This document shows, in pieces, positions 48,958 to 58,180 of a DNA stretch of 64,000 nucleotides. Position 1 is the stretch's first letter. The number at the start of each line of letters is the position of its first letter. Below the pieces are notes generated by a model. That model was not told the origin of the DNA, made no database searches, and saw only the letters and a list, made by a program, of their open reading frames with translations. The translations under genes and the position numbers were made by a program. Origin of the DNA: Candidatus Multivoradales bacterium (GTDB lineage Bacteria > Acidobacteriota > Thermoanaerobaculia > Multivoradales > J023); the NCBI GenBank assembly GCA_965250305.1, contig CBDFNS010000023.1, positions 105,346 through 169,345 of the forward strand, read 5' to 3'.

Positions 48958-49959
48958 TTAGAAGCTCCGCCTCGGCGGGGCTTTTGATGCATCGAGATGG
49001 TCCCAGCCCCGATCCGGTAAGGTTTCGATCATGGTGCCCTTGCGCACCTGAATCTTGCGGTTCTCGCTCAGGGCGCCGATCCGGTGACACTTCCACTCCG
49101 ATGGTGGTTGGATCTCGGGCGGTAGTGAGAATAACAGAACGTAATCCTCGCCGCCAAAGAGCTGTTGTGATTGTAGATCCATTGCCAAGGCCGTCGCGAG
49201 CGCTTGGCCACCCTTCGAGGTCGGCAACGCTGCTACATCGATTTGGGCGCCTACTCTGCTGGCGCGGCAAAGGCGATGAAGGTCTCTTGCCAAGCCGTCG
49301 GAGAGGTCGATGGCTGCGCCGGAAGATGTACAGCTCGACAGCCATCGGCCAAGGCCAAGTTGGGGCGATGGCAACAACTGTCGCCGTACCGCACTTCGTG
49401 CCGCTTGGGTCAGAGATCGTGGATCCTCGAAGGAGCCTGGCAGGCTCACCCTACTGCCCTCCAGCGCGGCGCCTCGGCGCAGCAATTGGAGACCCAACGC
49501 TGCTTCACCCAGGGTGCCGCCGAGCCAGAGGTGGTGTCCAGGCTGCCCACCCTTCCGCCGAAGCCATCGGCCATCGGGACGTCGGCCGAGAAGTGTTAGG
49601 CTGGCGCTGAAAGTCGGCTGGGTGGCGAGGTCACCGCCCGCGATGCGCAGGTCGTGGTGGCGAGCGTCTTTTGCGATGGCGCGGAAGAACCGTCGATGAT
49701 CGTAGTAGTCCGGTGCCGCGAGGGCAAGAAATCCGACGGTCGGTTCAGCGCCCATCGCCGCAAGGTCGCTGAGGTTGACAGCCAACAGCCGGCGGGCGGC
49801 GATGGCGGGATCCACATCCAAAGGTAAGTGGACGCCCTCGATTTGTTGGTCAACCGTGACCGCCCAAGCTTCGGATTCGAGCACAGCGGCATCGTCGCCG
49901 ATAGCCGCACCTCCTGGAAGGGATCCCCGCAGCCACCGTACGAGGGTGTTCTCGTCCAT
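48958..49959 (-). CDS. thiL: thiamine-monophosphate kinase
   Basis: AIGDDAAVL ... LAVNLSDLAAMGAEP AIR-synthase-related fold motifs. Confidence 0.8.
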   Translation of the reverse strand: MDENTLVRWLRGSLPGGAAIGDDAAVLESEAWAVTVDQQIEGVHLPLDVDPAIAARRLLAVNLSDLAAMGAEPTVGFLALAAPDYYDHRRFFRAIAKDARHHDLRIAGGDLATQPTFSASLTLLGRRPDGRWLRRKGGQPGHHLWLGGTLGEAALGLQLLRRGAALEGSRVSLPGSFEDPRSLTQAARSAVRRQLLPSPQLGLGRWLSSCTSSGAAIDLSDGLARDLHRLCRASRVGAQIDVAALPTSKGGQALATALAMDLQSQQLFGGEDYVLLFSLPPEIQPPSEWKCHRIGALSENRKIQVRKGTMIETLPDRGWDHLDASKAPPRRSF

Positions 49960-49973
49960 CGGGACACCGCGGG

Positions 49974-52310
49974 CTAGCGCAACGCCAGCTCAACCACTTC
50001 GTCCATATGCTCGACCGGACGGAAGGTGAGCCTGCGTCGCAAGCCGGAAGGGAGCTCAGGGAGATCACGCTCGTTGCGGCTGGGGATAATGACGGTGGTG
50101 ATACCCGCGGTCAGCGCAGCGAGGGCTTTCTCCTTCAGGCCGCCAATGGGCAACACCGCTCCGCGGAGGGTGATCTCGCCGGTCATGGCAAGGGTGTGAT
50201 TGATGGGGCGATCGGTTACCGCGGAGAGCACAGCGGTCGCGATGGTGATGCCCGCCGACGGACCGTCCTTGGGGACGGCCCCGGCCGGGGCATGAATATG
50301 AAAGTCGCGTTCGTTGAAGATGGCGGATTCAAGACCGTTTCGTTCCGCAAAGCCGCGGGCATAGGTCATGGCAGCCTGCGCCGACTCCTGCATGACATCA
50401 CCCAGCTTGCCAGTCAAGCGCAATTTTCCTTTGCCCAAGACGGTCGACACTTCGATTATCATCAACTCGCCGCCATGGGCCGTCCAGGCTAGACCGGTTG
50501 CGACCCCAACGCGATCCTGATCCAGCAGTCCCTCGTCCTCGTGTTGGGCAACCCCGAGTAGTTTGACGACTTGTTTGGGGCCGACGACCCTTCGCTTGGG
50601 TCCCTTTTCGACCACGGTGATGGCCGTCTTACGGCACAGCGCCGCGATCGATCGCTCGAGGTTGCGGAGCCCGCTTTCGCGGGTGTAGCCACGGATAAGG
50701 GTCTTGAGGCCGCGCTCGGTCAGGTGCAGATGCTCGTCCTCGAGGCCGTGTGCGCCGCGCTGTTTGGGAAGCAGATGGCGTCGAGCGATCGCGCGCTTCT
50801 CATCTTCCGTATAGCCACTCAGCCGGAGGACCTCCATGCGATCGAGAAATGCCGGCTGAATCGGATCGAGCTGGTTGGCCGTGGTGATGAAAAGGACCTG
50901 CGAAAGATCGTATGGAAGGCCGAGGTAATGGTCGCGGAAGCTGACGTTCTGTTCTGGGTCGAGCACTTCGAGCAAGGCAGAGGAAGGGTCGCCACGGTAG
51001 TCAGCGCCGATCTTGTCGATCTCGTCGAGCATGAATACTGGGTTGCTCGAGCCGGCTTGGTGAATGCCCTGAATGATCCGTCCGGGCATGGCGCCGACGT
51101 ACGTCCGACGGTGGCCACGAATCTCGGCCTCGTCCCGTACGCCGCCGAGTGAGACGCGCACAAACGCTCGGCCGAGCGCGCGGGCGATCGACCGTCCGAG
51201 TGACGTCTTGCCGACGCCAGGTGGGCCCACGAAACAAAGAATGGGGGCGCGGGCGTCGGACTTGAGCTGGCGCACCGCCAACAGCTCGATCATGCGCTGC
51301 TTGATGTTCTTGAGGCCGTAGTGATCTGCATCGAGCACGGCGCGGGCGCGGGCGAGGTCGAGGTCGTCTTCGCTCAGATTGCCCCAGGGGAGTCCGATCA
51401 GCCAGTCGAGAAACGTACGGATGACCGTCGTCTCGGCGCTGTCCGGGTGGCTGCGCTCGAGGCGTTTGATCTGCTTCTCGAGTTCCTCACAGGCTTCTTC
51501 CGGCAACTTCTTCTCGGTTGCTTTGCGCCGGTACTCTTCGACCTCGGTTTGCAGCTCGTCGCCTTCGCCGAGTTCGTCTTGGATGGTTCGCAGCTGCTGG
51601 CGGAGAAAATACTCGCGCTGCGACCGATCGAGCTCGGTTCGTGCCTGGTTGGCGATGTCCTGTTGAAGACTCAGGACATGCACTTCGCGTTCCAGGTGGT
51701 CGCAAACCGCGGTGAGGCGTGCGATCGGGTCACCCATTTCGAGCAACGTCTGCGCTTCATCGACTTCGAGATCGAGGTTGCTTGCCGCCAGGTCAGCCAG
51801 ACGGCCCGGATCCTCGAGATTGGCGGCGATCACCACCACTTCTGGTGAGATGGTGCGTCCGAGATGGACCGCACGCTCGAGCCGGTCGACAACCGTTCGG
51901 GCAAGTGCCTCGAGCTCGTCGGTACTGGGGGGTGTCGGCAGCGTGGGGATCGGTGACACGTTCGCTTCAAGAAAGGGCTCGGTTTGGCCGATATGATCCA
52001 CTCGAATCCGAGTTAGCCCTTGGACCAAGATTCGGGTCCGACCATCGGGAAGCTTGAGCATCCGCATGATGGACGCTGCGATGCCGACTTCGAAGAGATC
52101 CTTGGGCCCCGGGTCGTCAACATCCGGATTACGCTGGCCCACCAGCGCCACCATCCGCTCTTCGGCCAGCGCGTGATCGATGGCAGCGGTTCCGACGTCG
52201 GGTCCCACCGAGAGCGGCGTAATGGCGAACGGAAAGATCACCGCATCGCGTAACGGCAAGACGGGAAGAATGTCGGGGAGGATCAGGTCTTCGAGCGCAG
52301 GATCATTCAT
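49974..52310 (-). CDS. lon: ATP-dependent protease Lon (endopeptidase La)
   Basis: LON N-domain, AAA+ (GPPGVGKTS, Walker B FMLDEIDK), catalytic Ser in PKDGPSAGI; start ATG 52310 (MNDPALEDL...) avoids overlap with nrdR. Confidence 0.9.
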   Translation of the reverse strand: MNDPALEDLILPDILPVLPLRDAVIFPFAITPLSVGPDVGTAAIDHALAEERMVALVGQRNPDVDDPGPKDLFEVGIAASIMRMLKLPDGRTRILVQGLTRIRVDHIGQTEPFLEANVSPIPTLPTPPSTDELEALARTVVDRLERAVHLGRTISPEVVVIAANLEDPGRLADLAASNLDLEVDEAQTLLEMGDPIARLTAVCDHLEREVHVLSLQQDIANQARTELDRSQREYFLRQQLRTIQDELGEGDELQTEVEEYRRKATEKKLPEEACEELEKQIKRLERSHPDSAETTVIRTFLDWLIGLPWGNLSEDDLDLARARAVLDADHYGLKNIKQRMIELLAVRQLKSDARAPILCFVGPPGVGKTSLGRSIARALGRAFVRVSLGGVRDEAEIRGHRRTYVGAMPGRIIQGIHQAGSSNPVFMLDEIDKIGADYRGDPSSALLEVLDPEQNVSFRDHYLGLPYDLSQVLFITTANQLDPIQPAFLDRMEVLRLSGYTEDEKRAIARRHLLPKQRGAHGLEDEHLHLTERGLKTLIRGYTRESGLRNLERSIAALCRKTAITVVEKGPKRRVVGPKQVVKLLGVAQHEDEGLLDQDRVGVATGLAWTAHGGELMIIEVSTVLGKGKLRLTGKLGDVMQESAQAAMTYARGFAERNGLESAIFNERDFHIHAPAGAVPKDGPSAGITIATAVLSAVTDRPINHTLAMTGEITLRGAVLPIGGLKEKALAALTAGITTVIIPSRNERDLPELPSGLRRRLTFRPVEHMDEVVELALR

Positions 52311-52356
52311 CGATCGATTGTCCGTAATCGGCACCAGCACAGGGCCGGCACCGCGC

Positions 52357-52830
52357 TCAAGTGTCGTCGCCCGATTCGGGCTCGGCCAAGAGGCTCTGTA
52401 CTTCTTCGACAAATGCGCCGAGATCTTCGAACCGCCGATACACCGAAGCGAAGCGTACGTAGGCCACCGGGTCGAGCTCGCGCAAGCGGTCCATGATCAG
52501 ATTGCCGATCTCACGGGTTGAGATTTCCCGCTCTTCCTTCTGGTGCAACCGCCGTTCGATGCCGCCCACCAGATCTTCGAGTGTCTTGAGCGGAATGGGT
52601 CGCTTCTCACAGGCCCGAAGAACGCCACCCAGGAGCTTGGCGTGATCGAATTCTTCCCGTCGGCCATTCGCCTTGACTACCATATAGGGGATGCTCTCGA
52701 TCTGCTCGTAGGATGTGAACCTGCGTTTGCAGTCGAGGCATTCTCGTCGCCGACGGATCGTGGCGCCTTCACGGCTTTCACGAGAATCGACGACACGATC
52801 CCGGTTGACCGAACAGAACGGGCATTTCAT
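52357..52830 (-). CDS. nrdR: transcriptional repressor NrdR
   Basis: MKCPFCS...CLDC zinc ribbon + ATP-cone. Confidence 0.9.
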   Translation of the reverse strand: MKCPFCSVNRDRVVDSRESREGATIRRRRECLDCKRRFTSYEQIESIPYMVVKANGRREEFDHAKLLGGVLRACEKRPIPLKTLEDLVGGIERRLHQKEEREISTREIGNLIMDRLRELDPVAYVRFASVYRRFEDLGAFVEEVQSLLAEPESGDDT

Positions 52831-52848
52831 GATGTTGGTGGTCGGCGT

Positions 52849-54126
52849 CTAAGGCTTTCCGGAGCCTTCGAGCGCAATCTCGAGATGGAGCAGGATTTGC
52901 CGCAACGCGTCGGCGTTGTCGATGTCGACGATCAACTCGTGCGCGCGATCGAGAAGCTGATGGTTGGCGTCCTCGGCAGTCAACGACAAGACAAGTCGCT
53001 GGGTACGAGCTAGATCTTGCGGGCTGAACCCGACGCGCAGCTCGCGGCTGATCTTGGCAATCCCGCTGGTGGCAGGCACCGGCACGCGCGCTGTCGCTGG
53101 CTTCCGGCGCATGGTTTGCTCACGGATCTTTTCCAACTCCGCAAGCGCGTCGAGTCCGGAAGAGCGTCGGGGCCGCGCGGGACGTGGCGCGACGGGCTTT
53201 GGTTTGGACTCACGGTTCGGTGGTGTTTCTGCCTCCGCTTGCTCGGGGTTGAAACTCGGCGTTGGCTTTGATGGGCTTGCAACAGTTTCCGGGGGCGCAG
53301 CCGCAGGTTCGGGCGACTTGGTCTCCTTCGTTGGCCTGTCGGCGGGTGGGGTCTTCGCCGGGCTCTGACCGTTGGCCTCGTCCGGTGGGGTCTTGGCCTG
53401 TTTGACCTCGTTCGGCGGCGGCGTCTCGGTCGCTTTGGTAGCCGGTTTGGGTGCCGCCGACCTGGCACTGGCCGCACGATCGCCGCGAAGCGCCATGGAC
53501 TGGCTCCGTGGACCCATCGGACCTTCGGGGCGGCCGCGGGTCAGGCGCTTCTTCAACGCCATCAGGGTGAGTTTAGAGATGAGCTTGAGGGTCTCGAAGA
53601 CACCGGTGCCCGTAATCGCGGAACTCTTCGCCGACGCCCACTTGCGGGTGTTGAGCGCTTGCTCGAGCTCCTCGACCGTACAAATACCCGGCAGGTCTCG
53701 TTTGTTGTACTGAAGGACCAGTGGCACGGTGTCCAGGGAAAGACCGATTTCTGCCAGGTTGTCCTCGAGGTTCTGGAACGAGTCGATGTTCGCTTGCAGC
53801 ATGGGACGCTGCGAATCCGCGACGAACACCACACCGTCGACACCCTTGAGCACTAGCTTGCGGGTGGTGTTGTAGAACACCTGGCCCGGCACCGTATAGA
53901 GCTGAATTCTGGTGCTGAAGCCCGCGATCGTTCCGACATCGATCGGCAAGAGGTCGAAGAAGAGCGTACGGTCGGTCTCGGTGGCGAGCGAGACCATTTC
54001 TCCTCGAGACTCGTTGGCGGTGTGCTCGAAGATGTACTGAAGATTGGTGGTCTTCCCGCACAGCCCAGGTCCGTAGTAGACGACCTTGGCCGCCATTTGC
54101 ATGGTGCTGTAGTTGAAGAAGACCAT
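52849..54126 (-). CDS. MglA-like Ras-family small GTPase fused to a 230-aa low-complexity and globular C-terminal extension
   Basis: First 195 aa align residue-for-residue with M. xanthus MglA (MVFFNYS.. vs MSFINYS..; GPGLCGKTTNLQYI; TVPGQ; YNKRD); followed by a Pro/Ala/Lys/Thr-rich linker and a roughly 90-aa conserved-looking tail. Confidence 0.8.
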   Translation of the reverse strand: MVFFNYSTMQMAAKVVYYGPGLCGKTTNLQYIFEHTANESRGEMVSLATETDRTLFFDLLPIDVGTIAGFSTRIQLYTVPGQVFYNTTRKLVLKGVDGVVFVADSQRPMLQANIDSFQNLEDNLAEIGLSLDTVPLVLQYNKRDLPGICTVEELEQALNTRKWASAKSSAITGTGVFETLKLISKLTLMALKKRLTRGRPEGPMGPRSQSMALRGDRAASARSAAPKPATKATETPPPNEVKQAKTPPDEANGQSPAKTPPADRPTKETKSPEPAAAPPETVASPSKPTPSFNPEQAEAETPPNRESKPKPVAPRPARPRRSSGLDALAELEKIREQTMRRKPATARVPVPATSGIAKISRELRVGFSPQDLARTQRLVLSLTAEDANHQLLDRAHELIVDIDNADALRQILLHLEIALEGSGKP

Positions 54127-54523
54127 CGGTTCCCGCGTGCGCGCCTGGTCGGGGAGGGGTCGGGAAGCATAGCATTGGCTCTTGGGGTGGTCAAGAAATG
54201 GTGTGTGTTTTCCAACGCCACTCGCCCAGCAGGCTGGGCCGCATAACCTCTGGTGTTGTTGGGTTTAGGAGTGGCCGCGCCCAAACGTGGTCCAAGAGCG
54301 GAGATGACCTGGTCGTCGCTTGTGTGTCGGCGTTCGAACGCCCCGAGAAATCGCGTCGCCCGCGCCATCACAACGGGGTAGAATGGGCTCGGCTGGCGAT
54401 TCCCGCCGGCTGCTGCACGGGGTCTGCAGGCGACGGGGGGACGTCACCTGTCGGTGCTCGGGTCGTCAGGGAGCCTGGCACCCTGGGGGCCGTAATGACG
54501 TAGCGTGTCGATCGGAGAGCGAA

Positions 54524-55600
54524 GTGGGTTCACGAATTTGCGGCACGGCGGCCTCCACCTTCGAGGCACTCGGTACACGGGATCGAGAGATCCTGACCGA
54601 CGTGATCCAAACCTATGTCACCAGCGGGCGTCCGGTAAGTTCGCGGGCGGTTTCCAAGCACCGACGGCACAAGCTCTCGGCAGCCACCATCCGCAATGTC
54701 ATGTCGGATCTGGAGGAGGCGGGACTGCTGTTGCAGCCCCACACCTCGGCTGGCCGTGTGCCCACGGAAGCGGCCTACCGGCTCTATGTCGAATGCTTGA
54801 TGGAACAGCAGTGTCTTTCGGTTGAAGAGCGTCGCTACATCGAAGAGAACCTACGGCAAGCCGGTAGTGACGGCGATGGCTTGATGACCGCCGCCAGTGA
54901 GCTGCTCTCCGAGTTGTCGCACCAAGTAGGGGTGGTGCTCAAGCCGGCGGTCGAGGAAACCGTTTTGAAGGCGATCGACTTCGTTCTCTTGAGCGAGAAA
55001 CGGGTCCTGTGCGTCGTGGTGTCAACGGCCGCCTTTATCGATAACGTGGTGATCGAATCGGATGAGTTGCTGACACGCGAAGATCTGCAGCGCATCAGCA
55101 ACTACATGAACGATAACTTCGTGGGTTTGACCCTGCCGGCGATTCGAGAACGGCTCTTGGGTCTGATGGCACGGGAGCGATCTGATGTGGACCAACAATT
55201 GGCGCGCACCATCGATCTTGCCCGCAAGGCCGTATCGCGAACCGAAACGACCTCGGTCTTGGTGCGCGGTGCTCGCGGCCTTCTCGACCAGCCCGAGCTT
55301 TCGGACGTCAACCGTGTCCAGCGCATGCTGGACACCTTTGCCGACAAGGCCCGGATGGTCAGCCTGCTCAACGAGTGCTTGACCAATGACGGTGTCCGTG
55401 TCTTCATTGGTGCCGACAGCGAGCTGACGTCTGAGCTGGAATTTAGTTTGGTCGCGACCTGTTACGGTATCGAGCGCCATACCCTGGGGACCGTTGGGAT
55501 TCTGGGGCCATCACGTATGGAGTACGCGCGGATCGTATCGCTCGTTCATTTTCTTGGACACACCTTGAGCGATACGCTCGCGGTCACCACCAAAGCCTAG
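54524..55600 (+). CDS. hrcA: heat-inducible transcription repressor HrcA
   Basis: N-terminal winged HTH (..REILTDVIQTYVTSGRPVSSRAV..) and HrcA C-terminal domain; GTG start 54524 with GGAGAG 4 nt upstream; the longer ORF-track N-terminus is unlikely. Confidence 0.8.
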   Translation: MGSRICGTAASTFEALGTRDREILTDVIQTYVTSGRPVSSRAVSKHRRHKLSAATIRNVMSDLEEAGLLLQPHTSAGRVPTEAAYRLYVECLMEQQCLSVEERRYIEENLRQAGSDGDGLMTAASELLSELSHQVGVVLKPAVEETVLKAIDFVLLSEKRVLCVVVSTAAFIDNVVIESDELLTREDLQRISNYMNDNFVGLTLPAIRERLLGLMARERSDVDQQLARTIDLARKAVSRTETTSVLVRGARGLLDQPELSDVNRVQRMLDTFADKARMVSLLNECLTNDGVRVFIGADSELTSELEFSLVATCYGIERHTLGTVGILGPSRMEYARIVSLVHFLGHTLSDTLAVTTKA

Positions 55601-55649
55601 CCTTTCGACTGCCTACGGTAGACAATAGAACGTTCGGAGCACGGGACTC

Positions 55650-56276
55650 ATGTCAGAGAACTCAGAATCCGCCCCCGAGGCACTCGACGATGCGTTCGAG
55701 CTTGATCTCGACACCCCTACGACTCTCGACGAGGCACTGGAGGACGCGGTAGCCGCGACCGAGGCCTCCGAAGCGGCTGAAGGTGAAGACGACGCCGAGG
55801 ATGACCGCGTGGCCGTCTTGGAACGCGCGCTGGCGGAGGCCCAAGAACGTCAGATGCGAACCCTCGCCGACTTCGAGAATTTTCGCAAACGGACCGAGCG
55901 CGAAAAACGGGACCTGCGTCGTTACGCGGTGATGGACCCGTTGCGGTCATTTCTCGAAGTGATGGACAACGTCCACCGCGCCATGGGGGCATCAGGTAGT
56001 GCAGAAGATCTCAAACTGGGACTCGATTTGACGGTTCGCAGTCTCGAGAAAATGTTGGCCAAGCTGGGCATCGAAGAAGTTCCTTCGGTTGGTGCCGCGT
56101 TCGATCCAACCGTGCACGAGGCCGTTTCGCGCGAAGAGTCCGCTGACATATCGGAGCCAACGGTGGTCGCCGAGATGCAAAAGGGCTACACCCTTCACGA
56201 CCGGTTGCTGCGGCCGGCAATGGTCTCCGTAGCCATGCCGGCGCCTGGGGCCAGCCCGACGGTCGACAACGCATGA
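55650..56276 (+). CDS. grpE: nucleotide exchange factor GrpE
   Basis: RTLADFENFRKRTEREK and C-terminal beta-domain. Confidence 0.9.
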   Translation: MSENSESAPEALDDAFELDLDTPTTLDEALEDAVAATEASEAAEGEDDAEDDRVAVLERALAEAQERQMRTLADFENFRKRTEREKRDLRRYAVMDPLRSFLEVMDNVHRAMGASGSAEDLKLGLDLTVRSLEKMLAKLGIEEVPSVGAAFDPTVHEAVSREESADISEPTVVAEMQKGYTLHDRLLRPAMVSVAMPAPGASPTVDNA

Positions 56277-56305
56277 TGTTCGCGCAACTGCCTGAGGCTT
56301 CCTAG

Positions 56306-58132
56306 ATGAGTAAAGTCCTGGGCATTGACCTCGGCACCACCAATAGCTGCGTGGCGGTGGTTGAGGCGTTGGCGCCCAAGGTGCTTTCCAATCGGGAAGG
56401 CAGCCGTACGACACCGTCCATTGTTGCGTTCGCCGAGGATGGTGATCGGTTGGTAGGGCAGATCGCCAAGCGTCAGGCCGTTACCAATCCGCAGAACACG
56501 ATCTACGCCGCCAAGCGGCTGATCGGTCGAAAATTCGAGGACCCGGCGGTTCAAGAAGCGCAGACCATGCTGCCGTACGTCCTCGCCGCGGCGCCCAATG
56601 GCGATATTCGAGTTGAAGTGCGGGAGCGCGTGTTCAGTCCGCAGGAGATCTCGGCGTTTGTCCTCGCGGACATGAAGTCGTTCGCGGAGGAGTCGCTCGG
56701 TGAGGTGGTTACGGAAGCGATCATCACCGTACCGGCTTATTTTGACGACTCACAGCGCCAGGCGACCAAAGATGCCGGCAAGATCGCGGGCCTCGAAGTA
56801 CTTCGGATCATCAACGAGCCCACCGCCGCCGCGCTCGCCTACGGCTTTGAGAAAGAAGAAGAAGACAAGACGATTGTGGTGTTCGATCTTGGTGGTGGCA
56901 CGTTTGATGTGTCGATTCTCGAGCTGTCCAAGGGCATTTTCGAGGTTCGGAGCACCGCTGGCGACAGCCACCTGGGTGGTGAGGACTTCGATCGCCAAAT
57001 CATGGAGTGGCTGATCGCCGAGTTCGACAAGGAATACCAAATCGACCTGCGCGACGATCGGATGGCGCTACAGCGACTCAAGGAATCCGCCGAGCGCGCC
57101 AAGTGCGAGCTGTCGACCGCCGAAGAAGTGGAAATCAACCTGCCGTTCATTTCCGCCAATGACTCAGGGCCGTTGCACCTCGCCCGGACGCTCACTCGGA
57201 CCCGTTTCGAGGACTTGGTCGACGAGTTGGTCAAGCGCACCGAAGGCCCGTGCTTCGAGGCACTCAATGGTGCCGACATGGACCCCAGCGAGGTCGACGA
57301 GGTGCTGTTGGTGGGTGGCCAAACGCGGTCTCCAATCGTGGCTCAGGCGGTCCAGCGGATTTTCAGCCGACCGGCCAACCGAGAGATCAATCCTGACGAA
57401 GTGGTGGCAATGGGCGCCGCCATTCAAGCCGGGATCTTGCGCGGTGACATCAAGGATGTGGTGCTGTTGGACATCACACCGCTCTCGATCGGTATCGAAA
57501 CCCAGGGCGGTCTCTTCACTCCCTTGATTAGCCGCAATGCAACGATCCCGACCAAGAACACACAGATCTTCACGACGGTTATCGACAACCAAGACATCGT
57601 CGAGATTCATGTGTTGCAAGGTGAACGTGAGATCGCCACCGAAAACCGTTCGTTGGGACGATTCGAGCTCGTTGGCATTCCGTCAGCACCGCGGGGTACG
57701 CCGCAGATCGAAGTGACCTTTGCCATCGACTCCAACGGCATCGTCAACGTTTCGGCCCGCGACTTGGCGACCAACCAGCAGCAGAGCATCGAGGTAAATC
57801 CGTCGAGTGGTCTGTCGACCGCCGAGGTCGACCGTATGGTGAAGGAGGCCCAAACTTACGCTGACCAAGATGCCGAGCGGCGTGAGATTCGCCGCATCAA
57901 GAATCGTGTGGAAGGTCTTATCTACAGCAACGAGCGGGTGTTTGAGCAGTACAGCGGTGGCATGGACGAGGCCCGGCGCAAGGCGACCAATCAAGCGTTG
58001 CTGCGGGCGCGCATGGCCCTCAGCGAGAGCGATCGGGATGACCTCGAAGCGGCCGTCTACGACCTCAACGCGGTGTCTATGACGCTGTCGAAGATCATGC
58101 TCGAGGCCACGGGCGACGACAAGAACAAGTAG
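56306..58132 (+). CDS. dnaK: molecular chaperone DnaK (Hsp70)
   Basis: IDLGTTNS, DLGGGTFD, EVLLVGG motifs throughout. Confidence 0.95.
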   Translation: MSKVLGIDLGTTNSCVAVVEALAPKVLSNREGSRTTPSIVAFAEDGDRLVGQIAKRQAVTNPQNTIYAAKRLIGRKFEDPAVQEAQTMLPYVLAAAPNGDIRVEVRERVFSPQEISAFVLADMKSFAEESLGEVVTEAIITVPAYFDDSQRQATKDAGKIAGLEVLRIINEPTAAALAYGFEKEEEDKTIVVFDLGGGTFDVSILELSKGIFEVRSTAGDSHLGGEDFDRQIMEWLIAEFDKEYQIDLRDDRMALQRLKESAERAKCELSTAEEVEINLPFISANDSGPLHLARTLTRTRFEDLVDELVKRTEGPCFEALNGADMDPSEVDEVLLVGGQTRSPIVAQAVQRIFSRPANREINPDEVVAMGAAIQAGILRGDIKDVVLLDITPLSIGIETQGGLFTPLISRNATIPTKNTQIFTTVIDNQDIVEIHVLQGEREIATENRSLGRFELVGIPSAPRGTPQIEVTFAIDSNGIVNVSARDLATNQQQSIEVNPSSGLSTAEVDRMVKEAQTYADQDAERREIRRIKNRVEGLIYSNERVFEQYSGGMDEARRKATNQALLRARMALSESDRDDLEAAVYDLNAVSMTLSKIMLEATGDDKNK

Positions 58133-58180
58133 CGTGAATCGCCCGCAGCGGGCAATCGGAAGGGATCGGAACCGTACCCA

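Noticed and set aside
48636-48992. ORFs on both strands through the 36-bp repeat array (PRSPFKKGGGN repeated; KGGSRGIPSPFL repeated)
   Set aside because: Their periodic sequence simply mirrors the DNA repeat; no start context; they lie in a convergent intergenic region. Treated as artefacts of the repeat.
53853-54371. 172-aa ORF overlapping the 5' end of the MglA-like gene
   Set aside because: Out-of-frame overlap with a gene whose translation aligns to MglA from residue 1; shadow ORF.
54127-54523. CIRCE element upstream of hrcA
   Set aside because: Not found by eye; cannot be asserted. A computational mismatch-tolerant search is needed.
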